Positions 37,196 to 51,404 of a stretch of 63,260 nt of DNA are shown here, in pieces. The position numbers and the translations under genes are program-made. Under the pieces are notes generated by a model, which saw only the letters and a list, made by a program, of their open reading frames with translations, was not told the DNA's origin and did not search any database. The stretch is from Octopus bimaculoides. Lineage: Eukaryota. Position 1 is the first letter of the stretch; each line of letters begins with the position of its first letter. The stretch covers positions 84,753,409-84,816,668 of the forward strand of contig NC_068988.1 in NCBI RefSeq assembly GCF_001194135.2, written 5' to 3'.

Positions 37196-37450
37196 TATAC
37201 ACACATGCACACACACATATACATAGATCCAAATATACACGCACACCTGTATCTGTGTATATCTAAAATGGAAATTAGTGACAATTTTGTGACTTGCTTT
37301 ATGCTGAGGTAATAGTACTGGTAATATTTTTATCATATGGTGAAGAAACACATCCAGCTGACACTCATTACACATGTCTCCATAATACTTAAGTAAAGAT
37401 TTACGTAAATGAACACTTACAAAAATAAAGAACAAAATCCACAAATAAAT
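36974..37450 (+). other. Presumptive Di-Ras 3'UTR with CA/TG/TA repeats and candidate polyA signals
   Basis: Mixed (TA)/(CA)/(TG) tracts at 37020-37270. AATAAA at 37424-37429 and 37444-37449. The true 3' end is unknown. Confidence 0.45.
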
Positions 37451-37490
37451 ATACAAATATAAGTTCATAAATTCTTATGACCACAACAGC

Positions 37491-37521
<31 letters not shown>

Positions 37522-38307
37522 NNNNNNNNNNNNNNNNNNNNNNNNNNNNNNNNNNNNNNNNNNNNNNNNNNNNNNNNNNNNNNNNNNNNNNNNNNNNNNN
37601 NNNNNNNNNNNNNNNNNNNNNNNNNNNNNNNNNNNNNNNNNNNNNNNNNNNNNNNNNNNNNNNNNNNNNNNNNNNNNNNNNNNNNNNNNNNNNNNNNNNN
37701 NNNNNNNNNNNNNNNNNNNNNNNNNNNNNNNNNNNNNNNNNNNNNNNNNNNNNNNNNNNNNNNNNNNNNNNNNNNNNNNNNNNNNNNNNNNNNNNNNNNN
37801 NNNNNNNNNNNNNNNNNNNNNNNNNNNNNNNNNNNNNNNNNNNNNNNNNNNNNNNNNNNNNNNNNNNNNNNNNNNNNNNNNNNNNNNNNNNNNNNNNNNN
37901 NNNNNNNNNNNNNNNNNNNNNNNNNNNNNNNNNNNNNNNNNNNNNNNNNNNNNNNNNNNNNNNNNNNNNNNNNNNNNNNNNNNNNNNNNNNNNNNNNNNN
38001 NNNNNNNNNNNNNNNNNNNNNNNNNNNNNNNNNNNNNNNNNNNNNNNNNNNNNNNNNNNNNNNNNNNNNNNNNNNNNNNNNNNNNNNNNNNNNNNNNNNN
38101 NNNNNNNNNNNNNNNNNNNNNNNNNNNNNNNNNNNNNNNNNNNNNNNNNNNNNNNNNNNNNNNNNNNNNNNNNNNNNNNNNNNNNNNNNNNNNNNNNNNN
38201 NNNNNNNNNNNNNNNNNNNNNNNNNNNNNNNNNNNNNNNNNNNNNNNNNNNNNNNNNNNNNNNNNNNNNNNNNNNNNNNNNNNNNNNNNNNNNNNNNNNN
38301 NNNNNNN

Positions 38308-38353
<46 letters not shown>

Positions 38354-38836
38354 GTGTGTAGTCACACACAAAGTTTTTAAGGATAGATGTCAATTTCCTA
38401 TCTTGAGTAAAAAAAGATTTAACAGTTCAGACATATATCCTGAAGCCAAGAGTGTGTTTGTGTGTGCGTATGTGTGCATATATAAATTCCAGACATCCAC
38501 CTATCAAAAAGAAATAATTGTAACAGTAGTTCTGAGCAAGAAGAACCTGTGTAACCTAAAGTTAGTTTGCATATTTCAAAATATAAGCTCAAAAATTAAA
38601 TTAAACACACAGGAATATGCTATAAGATTACAGAATTATTATAAATTTCAACTGGTTAAAATTGTAGGAAATACTCTAAATTGAATAGTATAATACATTC
38701 AAGCTTGCATAGTGATCTACCCACTCCACATATTACACACTGACGCACATATACACTCATTGATTAAAACAAAAACAGGTTCAAGAGAAATAAATATACA
38801 CATAAAAAATAAGTACACACATATACATTTGTGCAT

Positions 38837-38887
<51 letters not shown>

Positions 38888-39738
38888 NNNNNNNNNNNNN
38901 NNNNNNNNNNNNNNNNNNNNNNNNNNNNNNNNNNNNNNNNNNNNNNNNNNNNNNNNNNNNNNNNNNNNNNNNNNNNNNNNNNNNNNNNNNNNNNNNNNNN
39001 NNNNNNNNNNNNNNNNNNNNNNNNNNNNNNNNNNNNNNNNNNNNNNNNNNNNNNNNNNNNNNNNNNNNNNNNNNNNNNNNNNNNNNNNNNNNNNNNNNNN
39101 NNNNNNNNNNNNNNNNNNNNNNNNNNNNNNNNNNNNNNNNNNNNNNNNNNNNNNNNNNNNNNNNNNNNNNNNNNNNNNNNNNNNNNNNNNNNNNNNNNNN
39201 NNNNNNNNNNNNNNNNNNNNNNNNNNNNNNNNNNNNNNNNNNNNNNNNNNNNNNNNNNNNNNNNNNNNNNNNNNNNNNNNNNNNNNNNNNNNNNNNNNNN
39301 NNNNNNNNNNNNNNNNNNNNNNNNNNNNNNNNNNNNNNNNNNNNNNNNNNNNNNNNNNNNNNNNNNNNNNNNNNNNNNNNNNNNNNNNNNNNNNNNNNNN
39401 NNNNNNNNNNNNNNNNNNNNNNNNNNNNNNNNNNNNNNNNNNNNNNNNNNNNNNNNNNNNNNNNNNNNNNNNNNNNNNNNNNNNNNNNNNNNNNNNNNNN
39501 NNNNNNNNNNNNNNNNNNNNNNNNNNNNNNNNNNNNNNNNNNNNNNNNNNNNNNNNNNNNNNNNNNNNNNNNNNNNNNNNNNNNAAAATCTTTAGCTTAC
39601 ATCCCACATTGTATGGTTCATTGAACTCAAGATGATTATGATGATCATGATCATGATCTAATGTTGATGATAATTGATTATGAAGAAAGAAATATTTAAT
39701 TTCACCTTGAAATTGTCTTAATTTTTCTTATAAAAAAC

Positions 39739-39789
<51 letters not shown>

Positions 39790-39793
<4 letters not shown>

Positions 39794-41210
39794 TGACTGT
39801 ACCCCCTCACTCAAAATTTATGGCTTTTTGCCTTTGTTCTTACATCATTATTTTTCACTATCCTAAAGTGAATAACAGAATTGGTAGTGCTTTGGGCAAA
39901 ATACCTTGTGGTATTTTAAGTTATATTTCTTTTTGGTCTGAGTTCAAATTCCACCGAGGTCAACTTTGTATTTCATCCTTTTGGGATCGATGAAATAAAG
40001 TACCAGTCAAGTACTGGGGTTGATGGTACTGACTAGCTCCCTCCCCTAAAATTGTTGGCCTTGTACCAAAATTTGAAATCAAAGTTGCTAAGTTGGTAGA
40101 ATCATTAGCATGTCAGACAAAAATCCTTAGTGGCATTTCTTCTAGGCTCTTTATAGTTTGAACTCAAATACCACCAAGGTCAACATTATCTTACCTTTTG
40201 GGGCCAATAAAAGATTTGAAACTATTATTGACTGTACCCCTCACTCAAAATTTATGGCTTTTTGCCTATGTTAGAAATCATTTTTTCCTACCCATCAGAC
40301 AATAACAAAATTGGTAGAGCTTTGGACACAATACCTAGCAGTATTGAGTTGTGCCTCTTTATGTTCTGAGTTCAAATTGCACTAAGGTTAACTTTGCCTT
40401 TTGTCCTTCAGGGTTTGATAAAAATAAAGTACCAGTCAAGTACTGGCGTTGATTTAACTGACTGTACTCCTCCCCAAATCTGTGACCTTGTGCCTAAGTT
40501 AAATCATCACAATTATTATTATATCTATAGTTCTATCATTTCTTATAAAAGTGGTTGTTGTGTTAGGACAGTGGAGTAGCCTAATTGGTAAAGCAGCAAA
40601 TATAATGCCTTTTGGTCTTTCTTTACATCCTACGAAGGTCAACTTTGATTTCATGCATGCAGTGAGTAGAGTGGAGGGAGTCAGTAAATATGTACTAGTG
40701 AAATACCTAATGTTGAAATTAGTTATCTTTACCCACTTCCTCCAAATTGTGGCTCTGGCAGAATTGGTAGAACATCAGATTGATTGACTTGAAATATTGA
40801 ATAATATCCCTTACCAGTATCAATAAAATTAAGAACCAGTCAAGAACTAAGGTTGATCTACTCAACTATATATATCTAACCCTGAATTTACAGCCTTGTG
40901 CATATGCTAGAAATTATTATTTGACTGTACCCCTCACCCAAAATCGATGGCTTTTTGCCTGTTGGAGATCCTTATTATTCTAACTATACTACAATGAATG
41001 ACAGAATTGATAGAGTATCAGATGAAATATCTTGCAGTATTCAGTTATGTTTCTTTATACTCTGAGTTCAAATCCCACCAACATCAACTTTGCCTTTCAT
41101 CGCTTCAGGATTGACAAAAAGTACAAGTCAAGTACTGAGACCAATTTAATTGACTAACCCTCTTGCTCAAATTTCTGGCCTCGTGCATACATTAGAAACA
41201 GTTATTATCA
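39790..41210 (+). mobile_element. Head-to-tail array of about six family C SINEs
   Basis: Repeated ggtaga...tgagttcaaat...aactttgcc...aagtaccagtcaag blocks. gactgtacccc...tggctttttgcct recurs at ~39795, 40230 and 40923. Confidence 0.8.
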
Positions 41211-41627
41211 TTATCATTATTCTTCCTTGAAGATTGATTATATAAAATTAATTTTCTCTTGTTTTTTAAACTCTTTTTGATGAACTTCTGAAACTAATGA
41301 TCTACATCATTATTTAAAAAAAAACTTACATCCTAGTATCTACAACCTAAAAATGTATATAAAATAGATGAAAAAAAACCTTAGCAATTCATTTATACAA
41401 AAAAAAAAAAAAATCCCCCTACTCTGAATTTTTAGTTGTTGTTGTTGTTATTACTGTGGCAAACCATTAAGTAACTTTGAAAAGAATGACAAACCTATCT
41501 GAGACCATGGATGGTTGGCTGTAAGTTGAAGGTGCTTGATAGAATGGGTTGTGAACAGTAAAGCAATGGGTTGTGAACAGATGACAGTAATATATGTAAT
41601 GGAAGGAGAGAGCAGTGGCTCTCACTA

Positions 41628-41696
<69 letters not shown>

Positions 41697-42069
41697 CGTC
41701 CAACCCATGCTAGCATGGAAGGCGGACGTTAAACGATGATGATGATGATATATGGGATTTCTTCATTGCAAAAAGGAACTAATTTGACTTTGTTTCATTT
41801 AACCTGCTTTGTTAAAACCCTTCAGCAAGGGTTGAACTACACAGTCTTCCCCTTCTGCTACAAATTTGTGAGATCCCTGTGCCTAAGCAAGAAACTGATG
41901 TTAAATATTGACATTTTGATGCCAGAGATAGAAACATGATAGGGCTCTTTCAACCTAAGCCCTACTCTTCTTTATTTGAAGTATCTCCAGACTTTGTCGG
42001 CTAGGGCATTTTCATCATTACATAAATAAATAAAGCCACCATGGTTTTATTTATTATAAATGTTAGTCT

Positions 42070-42320
42070 TTGTCTCATCTTTACTCAAAAACTCAAACTC
42101 TTATTAAAAACCACCCCAAATACTTAGTCCTAAAACCTAATCCTAACCTTAAACTATCATCTAAAACCCAAACCCTTTAAGATTAATCCTTAAACTCAAA
42201 TGCCTAAATGCAAAACTACTCTTAAAATGTAAATATAAAGCAAACTTTAAATTCCTAAGCCTAGCAGTAATGTCAAGCTAATCCAACCATAAACCCTGAC
42301 TCACATTAATCCTAAAGGCT
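42070..42320. repeat. Degenerate (CCTAAA/CCTAAC)-like hexamer tract
   Basis: cctaaaacctaatcctaaccttaaac...aaacccaaaccc...aaaccctgac. Confidence 0.5.
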
Positions 42321-42456
42321 ATGACAATTTCCTGGTCTGTCTCAGAAGGCCTGCAAAAACAAAAACAATGAACACAACCTTTCCCATCAGACCAAACAAA
42401 CAAATATCTAATATTACTCTATACTTGTATGTGAATATGTATACATGCAATAGTAT

Positions 42457-42493
<37 letters not shown>

Positions 42494-45400
42494 CCCCCCA
42501 AAAAAAAATGAAAATAAAGAAAAATAAGCAAAATGGAATAAAAATTAAGAATGAAAAAAAAAATTGATTAGAGTTCAAAATGAAAGATTTCGACTCAACT
42601 TAGATTGCTTTCTTTTAATGCCTTAGGGAAAGGTGTCAACATCACACCACAAAATACCTCATCATTGACGAATTTTGTGGCTATGTGCTGAAGTAGAAAA
42701 TTGGTTTTGTTTCTGAAGAAACTGAAAATGATTGTCAGATTATATGATATTTTCTCATTAAAAATTTCAAAGGATTTGTTAAAAAGTACAAAGAAATAAT
42801 GCAATAAAGCTGCAGCATATTTTTCTGCATCCTAATACCATTAAACTTAGATATTAAAAAGAATTTTTTTATTAAAAAAGAAGGAAATATAAACTTACAA
42901 GAATAAAAATTACTCAAACAATAACTGAAATATATATGTGTGTGTTTATATATGTATGTATGTATATAAACACACACACACACACATAGCTGGCAACTTA
43001 ATATTCCATTGCTCTATCTCTTTGACCTAGTTGTGTTAAGATATTTTTAATTTGCACATAATATTTTAAAAGGTAAAGAATATTAGCAAACTATGTTATC
43101 TGCTGTTAAAATATTCCACTGATATCACATGACATCTCTAAGACCATGAAAAGTTGAAAAAAATTGGTTTCTCACTTAATTGATCTCTTATTAATATTGT
43201 CTCAGGAACTGCTTCAATATTTATCCAACCTAGATAAAATTTATTAACACTTTAGCAACGTACTTATGAATATACACTCAGGATCATTTTTAAGATTTAC
43301 CTAACCAAGTACCAGCTAATAATAGTATGGTATACAATATATACAGCACCATAGCAAAAGAAATATGGAAAACACTGCCACTGGCTATCAACAGGAAATC
43401 TCTGGCAAATGAGGAAGCCTCTCCATAGTAGCCTGACTTGCTAGAAACAGAAGTCAAATATCCCTCAAATTACACCCACCCCAACACAGAAATGGACACA
43501 TTGAAGAATGTGGTCCTGGCTGGGATGTCTTAGATCACAGGGGTATATAATCAGAGATCGTGCAGTGCAAATCAGAGCATCTTGCAGTATAAATGTGATC
43601 TTGGACGACACATAGTAAACATGGTAGTGGTGTAATGTTGCTACCATCTTTATTACTGATAGTAACAGTATTATTTTCATTGACATTGCCTTCATGACCA
43701 CCACAATCATCATATTTCTCATCCCCATAGTGGTCTTCATCCTTATCATCATCATTATCATGACCATCATGGTTATGATGAACATCATTACCCTCATCAT
43801 CATCATCATTCTCTTTCCTGCCAACCTGATAAATCTTTCAGAAATACTCCTATAACATTGGTAATATTAAAATCGTTTTGATTCCAAAGTCATTCAAAGG
43901 CTGCAAGATTTATTGGAAACATGAGATGTTGTGATGTTAATGGCATATTTTTTCTCCTTTTTTTCTTATGACTACCTCTTGTATCACTGATATCCTTTAC
44001 CTTACAAACCTAAATCTGAAGTGAACATGATTAGATGATGTTCTACCTTTTTTTTTTTTCACCAAGTATTAAATAAAATGGAATTACTTTATGCCAAGTA
44101 GATCTCAAACTACAAGTTTGCCAACTCAGTTGAAGTTTTCTTTTCTATTGTAATTGGGACCCTGAATAACAATCCTTTATATATGAATAATCAGAAGAAG
44201 AAAACTTGACAGCTGATCCACTGTAACCCACCCCAATCCAGCCTAACCACCCAGTTAAACCAAAGAAGCAACCTATGCATTCCACAGTTCGCACACTGCC
44301 TTGTTGAAAAAAATGTAAGGCCAAATAAGATAATGTAATCTTAGACATACTGTGTATGAAAAAAAAAAGAAGACTGGATGGTCATGGTTGGAATTCTTTT
44401 CATCATAGTTTTGGCTTTGGATAGTAAACAACTGAACAATATAAATAAATGCATTCTTCCCTTGCTTATTTATCAAAGGGTAATTTATAATTAACTCTTT
44501 TGATAGCAATTTGCTTGATACCACTTCTGGTTTCATGATTCCTCTTCTGAAGTGAGCTAAATTAAAACCTTCCATCAAAATTTCAAATCAGTTTATGTTC
44601 CAAACACCAGCTTAATGACAAATTTATTTTACTAAATTCTTTATTATTTTCAAAATTAATTGAAACAAAGCAGAGTATTTCAACAGAAATATTGTAATAG
44701 TTGAGTTAAGGAGTACTTTAGTTAAATTTTGACTTAGTACAAGTAAGATTTAACTGTGTTGGTCAATCTTTTTGTTACGATTTTTCTAATGCAATACACT
44801 AACTACATACTCCAATTTAATTTCAAAATAATTCAAGAATTTAGAGGTATTTAGTAAAATAAATACATTTTTAGTATGAAGCTGGTGTTCAGTACTCAAC
44901 AGTACTTACTTTTAACTGATAACCACCACTGAAAAACAAAAAACTTGGAGTAAACACTACTGAAAACCCATTTCTTCTACTGTTGTTGTTATTACTATGT
45001 ATTTAACTCAATGTATTGAGTACCATCTACTCACACACACAAACACAATAGTAATCAAACAGAAGATGAAATTTAAAGAAACAAAACAAAAAACTTGGAA
45101 AGTAAACAACAGTATTAACAAAGAAGTTGTATAGATCCAGATCAATCTTGAACTTGCAAAAAGGTGTTCCACCTATGACCATCCTGTCTTTTCATTCAGA
45201 CAGTGTTTGTTACTATAAATCACTTAATTTGTCCTGCATTTTATAGAAGGATATGAGAAAGGCTTGACAGCTAATTCTAGCATGAAGTAGCTTCTTTTAA
45301 ACTTTGTTCTAAAATAATTTACAGAATTTCAACCTCTAGAGAGAACATGCAGGACTGCCAACTGTTAATATCTAGTTTGGTCACACTAAAGCCTTCACAC

Positions 45401-46189
45401 AACTGGCCAAATGCACTACTTGGTCCTTGGATGTCTTGAGCAGAATTTACTCTTCTGTAAGCATTTGAACTACAATCCCCAGTTTCTTCCCCACCCACGT
45501 TCTGTTAACATTATAAAGGTAATAAACCCTGTCTTTCCTTCTTCTCTAACTCACACACATGCATACACACATGCGCGCGCGCACGCACACACACATACAC
45601 ACACACACACATACATGCACACACACAAATTAAGGATTAAAGATCAAACTGGCCAGGTTCTTGCCTTGGTATTGGTTCCAATTCAAAGTTAGTTGACTGA
45701 CCATTTATGTTGTTAATACTACCTCTCTGATAAATACCACAAAATTTTGTTCCCCTCCATCTGCACCTATTAGCTTCATGAATTCCTGTCCTTAGGCAGC
45801 ATACAATGAAAACCAACTTCGTTTGTTAGCCAGTGCTGAATAGTTATTAAGAGAAAAGATAAAATTTCCCATTATCCAACATACTGAAACATGTTCAATA
45901 CTGTTGTTGCAGCTACTTCACTCCATGTCCTTCACACCACTGGTAGAGAGGGTTGACACCTCTCTCTTGCAATGTCTTTTTCACAGTCTAGCAGATAAAA
46001 CATACAAAATCCTTGTTTTTACTCTGCATGGTTTAACAACTGGTAAATGAAAGCTTGGTAGGGAACAAAAGGATGTTATTATCAAGAATGTTTGGCACTG
46101 GTGGATCCAAAGATTGCTTTCAATTATACTGTAATGGTAATGATGCTGATGATAATAATAATACTAACTCTTAAAGATTTTTAAAAGCG

Positions 46190-46390
46190 GTACAAATACA
46201 CAAATTTTAGGAGATAGGATATTGTCAATTAAATCTGCTGCCAGTACTTGATTGATACTCATCATATGATGCCTAGATGGATGAAAGGAAAACTAGGTTT
46301 CAGCAGGATTTGAACTCAGAACAACAAGGGATGTAACTAAATACTATGAGGTATTTAATCTAGCATTCAAACACATATGCCATTCTATTT
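46190..46390 (-). mobile_element. Degenerate family C SINE
   Basis: ggatgaaaggaaaac...ggatttgaactcagaac. Confidence 0.65.
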
Positions 46391-46486
46391 TCTTTTACGA
46401 TGATAAAAATAACAATCTCACACAGCACAGCCTCCACACAATTGCCACCTGACACTATAACACAAATCAACACTCAACAAATGTTG

Positions 46487-46790
46487 CAGTGGATCTCAAA
46501 CATCACATTGTGATGCATAGGTGCACTGCAAATGGTATCAAGGTGCACCATGGATTTTTAAAGATATAATTTAAGGCTTTAGAAAATCCCTACCAATGGT
46601 AGAGCCTCTTGAAAAAATGAATAATTCATAAATCTGCTATGCACAGATATGATTAATAAAACAAGGTAAGCAATAGTTTTCTATATTTTTTCTAAATTTT
46701 TAAATTTAAAACAGTTTTTTTTTAAACTGTTCATGTAAAGTGCACTAGTAATTTTTAGTGCCATGAAGTCAAAAACATTGAGAGCTACCG
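46487..46790. mobile_element. Possible hAT-type non-autonomous element
   Basis: Left end cagtggatctcaaac and right end attgagagctaccg resemble hAT/Charlie CAGTGGTTCTCAA TIRs. No 8-bp TSD seen. Confidence 0.35.
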
Positions 46791-47341
46791 AACTATACAG
46801 TCATTATCCTTAACAGACATGACGACATAGTCTACACAATCACCATCCAGTATTATAACTCAACACTCACTCTACACTATCACCCACCTGACTATAAAAC
46901 AACCCACACAACACAAACTCTATGCAAATACTACCAGACACACAACACATAATCTACACAATCACCACCTAACCATATAATAACTCATTACATTTTGCTA
47001 CACAACACACAAAAAGTAAAATAACACCAGAAACAACAAAACAAAATCCCACAATAAAGTAAGAGATGTAACATAACAAACACAATTTTACATTTCCAAA
47101 GGACAATGCAGTAGACATCTCAAGGAAGTGCAATCGAACAAAGTTCATATGAATCTGTTGGAAGCATCAGATATTGCTAATGATTTTGTGAAAATTATGA
47201 ACACCCCAACCTCTTTTCTCCTACAAATATCAGATCCTTGTGCCTAGTCAAAAAACACAATCAAAAAGAAAAATTATTTGTACTATATAAAGGTTTTTTT
47301 TAGTGATTTATGTTTGAGAGGGAGAAAAGGGAGTAGCACCC

Positions 47342-48300
47342 TTAGCTTTTGCAAGCCCTCAGATGGGTGAAGTTGATGTAGTTGGTGTTCAGCTCGAACC
47401 AGGGGCAACATGGATAGGGGAGAGAGCGGTCCAGAGGAATGTAATTCAGTAGAAGAATGATTAAGTTAAAAGTGTTTGGTACAGAACTTGTAGGGTAAAA
47501 TGAGATAGAGTGGGAGTGACATGAAAAGGTGGTGGTGGTGGTGGTGGTGGTGTGTGTGTGTGTGTGTGTGCGTGTGTGCGTGTGTAACAAGTGAGCTCGG
47601 GCAGGAGTGATACACAAATACCTAATTAGGCAACTGGGGTTTGTTGTAGAGGAGATAGGAGGGAAAAGTACATTGATGGTCCAAATAGCTATTATCATAT
47701 AGCACTGCAATGAGAGTTGTACAAAACAGCTCGCTAAGTTCAGAGGGACTTTTAACTGCTATAATACTAGAATAGATTGAGGGAGAATATACTGTGACCA
47801 TAGGTTAGTGATGTATATAATAATTGTAGTGTAGTTGTAATGTACTGCTGGGGTATGGTAGCTCAGAAGAACAGGAATCACTGTAGAGAAACATAGAAGA
47901 AAGAGTGGGAAGATTGAGTGTGTCAGTGGGTATAGTTTTATAGTCTTGGAGTGAGAATGGTGCACAGTTTGTTAGTTTAGAGGAACAAAAATGGTTGTAC
48001 TAGTAGTAGGAATGATACGAATTGACAGAGTGAGTTAGTGGTTCTAACTTAGTGGTTGCAGTGTAATATTAGTGCAAGTGTGGTGGTAGTTTACTGGTCC
48101 AAAGGAGTTGCAATTGCTGTACTAATCATAGAAGAGGCAGGAGGATGGACAACACAGTGTTTCAGTAGGGATAATGGCTGCAGTATGCTGTTAAATAAAA
48201 TGCTGTATGTTTGTCGGAAGGCCTCTCTTTGGATGCTGTCACAAATGTTTTTGTATGTAAGTTGCTTCATCCCAGATATATGAACAGTTCTCTAGCATGG
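47342..48300 (-). mobile_element. Degenerate APE-LINE remnant
   Basis: SSTTNPSCL and LLNYIPLDRSLPYPCCPWFE resemble the post-APE YIP...PWF segment. Composition matches 1620-2470. Confidence 0.4.
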
Positions 48301-48529
48301 ATCACATTTGTGCTTTGTAAGATCACCAAGTATTCATTGCTCAAGTGGTTACTGGTCCTAATGACAGTGCCTAGCCTTTGAACTACAACACATAATGTTA
48401 TAAATGTAGTTGTCATGTATAACATCATCAGGTGAATGCTGAAGTGTTGGTGCAGGGGATGAGATAGTAATATAGTTTCAATCCTCAGATAATTCAGTTT
48501 CAAATGTGTTGCCAACAACCATTATGAGA

Positions 48530-49360
48530 AAGCACTGTTTGTACTATGCATATCTATTTTCCATGCTATTTTTGTGTATTCTGAGTTCAAATCCCCACAA
48601 AGCATAAGTTAGTAATTTTTCATCCATTCTCCAAATTTAGAACTCCTAGAACATCAAAATGAATTCCATGCAATATTTAGTTTTGTTCTTCTACATTCTC
48701 AGTTCAAATCCTACCAAGTATTGAGTTCGTCTTTCGTTCCAGGGTGAGGTTGATAAAAATAAGTACCAGTAAGATACTGAGGTTGATACAATCACTTATG
48801 CAGTCCTCTCTTACATGTTTGCAGCCTTGATTTAGAAATCAATATAATTATTTTGTTCAAATTTTTGAAACAAAATGGCTCACAGTAGTTATATCCCTTT
48901 ACATTGTGAGTTCAAATCATAACTTTGCCTTCCAGCAAAGTTAATAAAGCAGTACTAGTAGCAAACTGTGGGCTATTTAATTGATTATACTACCCTATAT
49001 TTAGTGGCATTACGCCAACTCAAGGAATCAATATCATTGTTGTTGTTGTTGTTGGTATTATTATTATTATTAAGACAGTAAGCTGACAGAATCATTAGTG
49101 CATTAGACAAAATGCTCAGCATCATTTCTTCTTAGTTCAAATCCTCTGAGGTCAACTTTGCCTTTCATCCAATTGGAAGTCAATAAAATAAAGTACCAGT
49201 GAAATACTAGTGATCAACGTAATTGACTAGCTCTGTCCTCCTAAAATTGCAGGCCTTGTACCAAAATTTGAAGCATTATTATCATTATTATTACTTTCTG
49301 AGTTCAATCCCCACCAAGCACAAATTTCCTGTTCCTGAAGTCAATAAAATAACTACCAGT
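48530..49360 (+). mobile_element. Array of four to five partial family C SINEs
   Basis: Repeated (ct)gagttcaaatc blocks at ~48580, 48700, 48908, 49135 and 49300. Confidence 0.75.
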
Positions 49361-51348
49361 TAGAAATCGAGAGTAAGAGCTGCAGTAGAGCTGTAAAAGC
49401 TGTAGCCCTTGCAAAGCCTTCCCTCCAGCTTAATAATGATGATATACTTTTCAACTTGAATTTCTTTTAGCTGATGAGCTTTTTTTTTATTTTTTGTTCT
49501 TTTTCATGGAGTAGAGATGAGATAGAAGATTTGCAGCGGTGAAAGGACTGAAAAATATGTTATGTGTAGCGTGAAATTTGGTGGAAGTGGAGTGTGAGGG
49601 GGTGGGTGAGGCAACATGCAAGACACAATAGAAGTGAGATGAGGCGCTGAAGATGGTACAGAGGTTGTTTAGTTCTGAGGAGTAGGAGGACTGTTGAAGC
49701 AGACAATTATAGAAGAGACAGGAGAGGACTTTTCCACTGCTAGCACAAAGACAGTTTAGGGAGGAAAAACATACATGTCACAGTATGCTATTATCCCCTC
49801 CACCATACACACACACAAACACACACATGCACATCACCAAAAAAAAAAAAAAAGATATAGAGCCATTTATGCCAAAGTCAAAATAGAAAAAACTCCAATA
49901 TTTATAACTTGTGTTGTGCCAAGGCTTCAATGGGCTAAAAAGGAAAAAAAAAATTCAGATTTTGGTAGGTTATCTTTATGACTTTGTTGTCACCTTTGGT
50001 TGAAGACTTCATTTCACAAAACTACAGTCAATTGCCCTTCAGAGATGCATGACCTTTAAAGCACTTAACTTTCTCCTTCCCCAATTCATTCAAAAGTCAA
50101 AAAACAATATTACTGTGTTGTGCTGAGGCTTCAAGGAGTGAAAAAATAAGGTTCTGGTAAACTTCAATCCAAGAGCAAGAAGGAATATTTTTTCACTCCT
50201 GTTTGGAGCTCATCCAATTTATCTTACTATGTAATGACACCACGAATTGCCCACTTGAAAAATATCTGGCATAAATATCACAAAATCCCATTCCACACTT
50301 CTCTCTCCCTTCCATTACAAATCTCATATAGATCTGTGGAATTGTGCCTCAGTTAAAAGAAAATAAAAATCAAAAATATAAAAAAAAATGTCAATATTTG
50401 TACAGTACATAGTGACTGTTGTAGAATTAAGAGATAAAACTCCTGGCTGTGACACACATTTAGAATTCCTGGTATAAATCCAGTTCACTTCATTTACAGC
50501 TAATATTTGCCATTAGAGGAAAGGCATGAATGATATAGAATCCCATTTTCCCCATTTCCTTTAATTCATAAGATAAGGTCTTTTATGCCTGCTTGGTCAT
50601 GAATTTAGGTTAAAAAAAAATTTAAAAAAAAAGTTTGTAAAATACGTATTAGACATCCTTAGATCTTTCAAACCTGAATTCATGTCTACACATGTTCTTA
50701 GTAGTCTTTCTTGTATATTTATATTTTCCTATTCACATATAAACAGATATATAACAAACATGTGACAGCATGTGACAAATAAGTAACGTATTTGTAACCT
50801 ATTAGATTAGAAATAAAGAATTTTCAATCAGAGACTTAAAATAGAAAGGAAGGCAAACAGTTTTCAAGTTTATATACACATATATGAACACTTACACGAC
50901 AAGCACAATTACACAGACACACATGCATATGAACAGATTACACATGTAAACACTTGGAAAATCTTATCAAAACATAATAAACAAGGATTAAGACTTGCAA
51001 AAGAAAGTTGAATACTAAAACTTATATGATGAGATTATGAAATTGTAACAAAAAATGCTGAGACAAAAAACAAAAAAAAACTAATAAAAATCAAAGAATT
51101 TGAAGGTACAGTGTATATATCATTAATTAGGCAATACTCTCAGTAAAAAGAAAATTAAACTGTATACAAGTATGTGTATACATATATACTTACATGGACA
51201 CATGCACATATATACATGCATATATATATATATTGTATACATACATTATATAAATATATGAATTCTGTTAGCATTTTTTAATAACCATTGCAAATTTGAT
51301 TTTTTTTCAAAACATTAGTTGTGTGATTGAGCCTGTGCATATACACAA

Positions 51349-51404
<56 letters not shown>

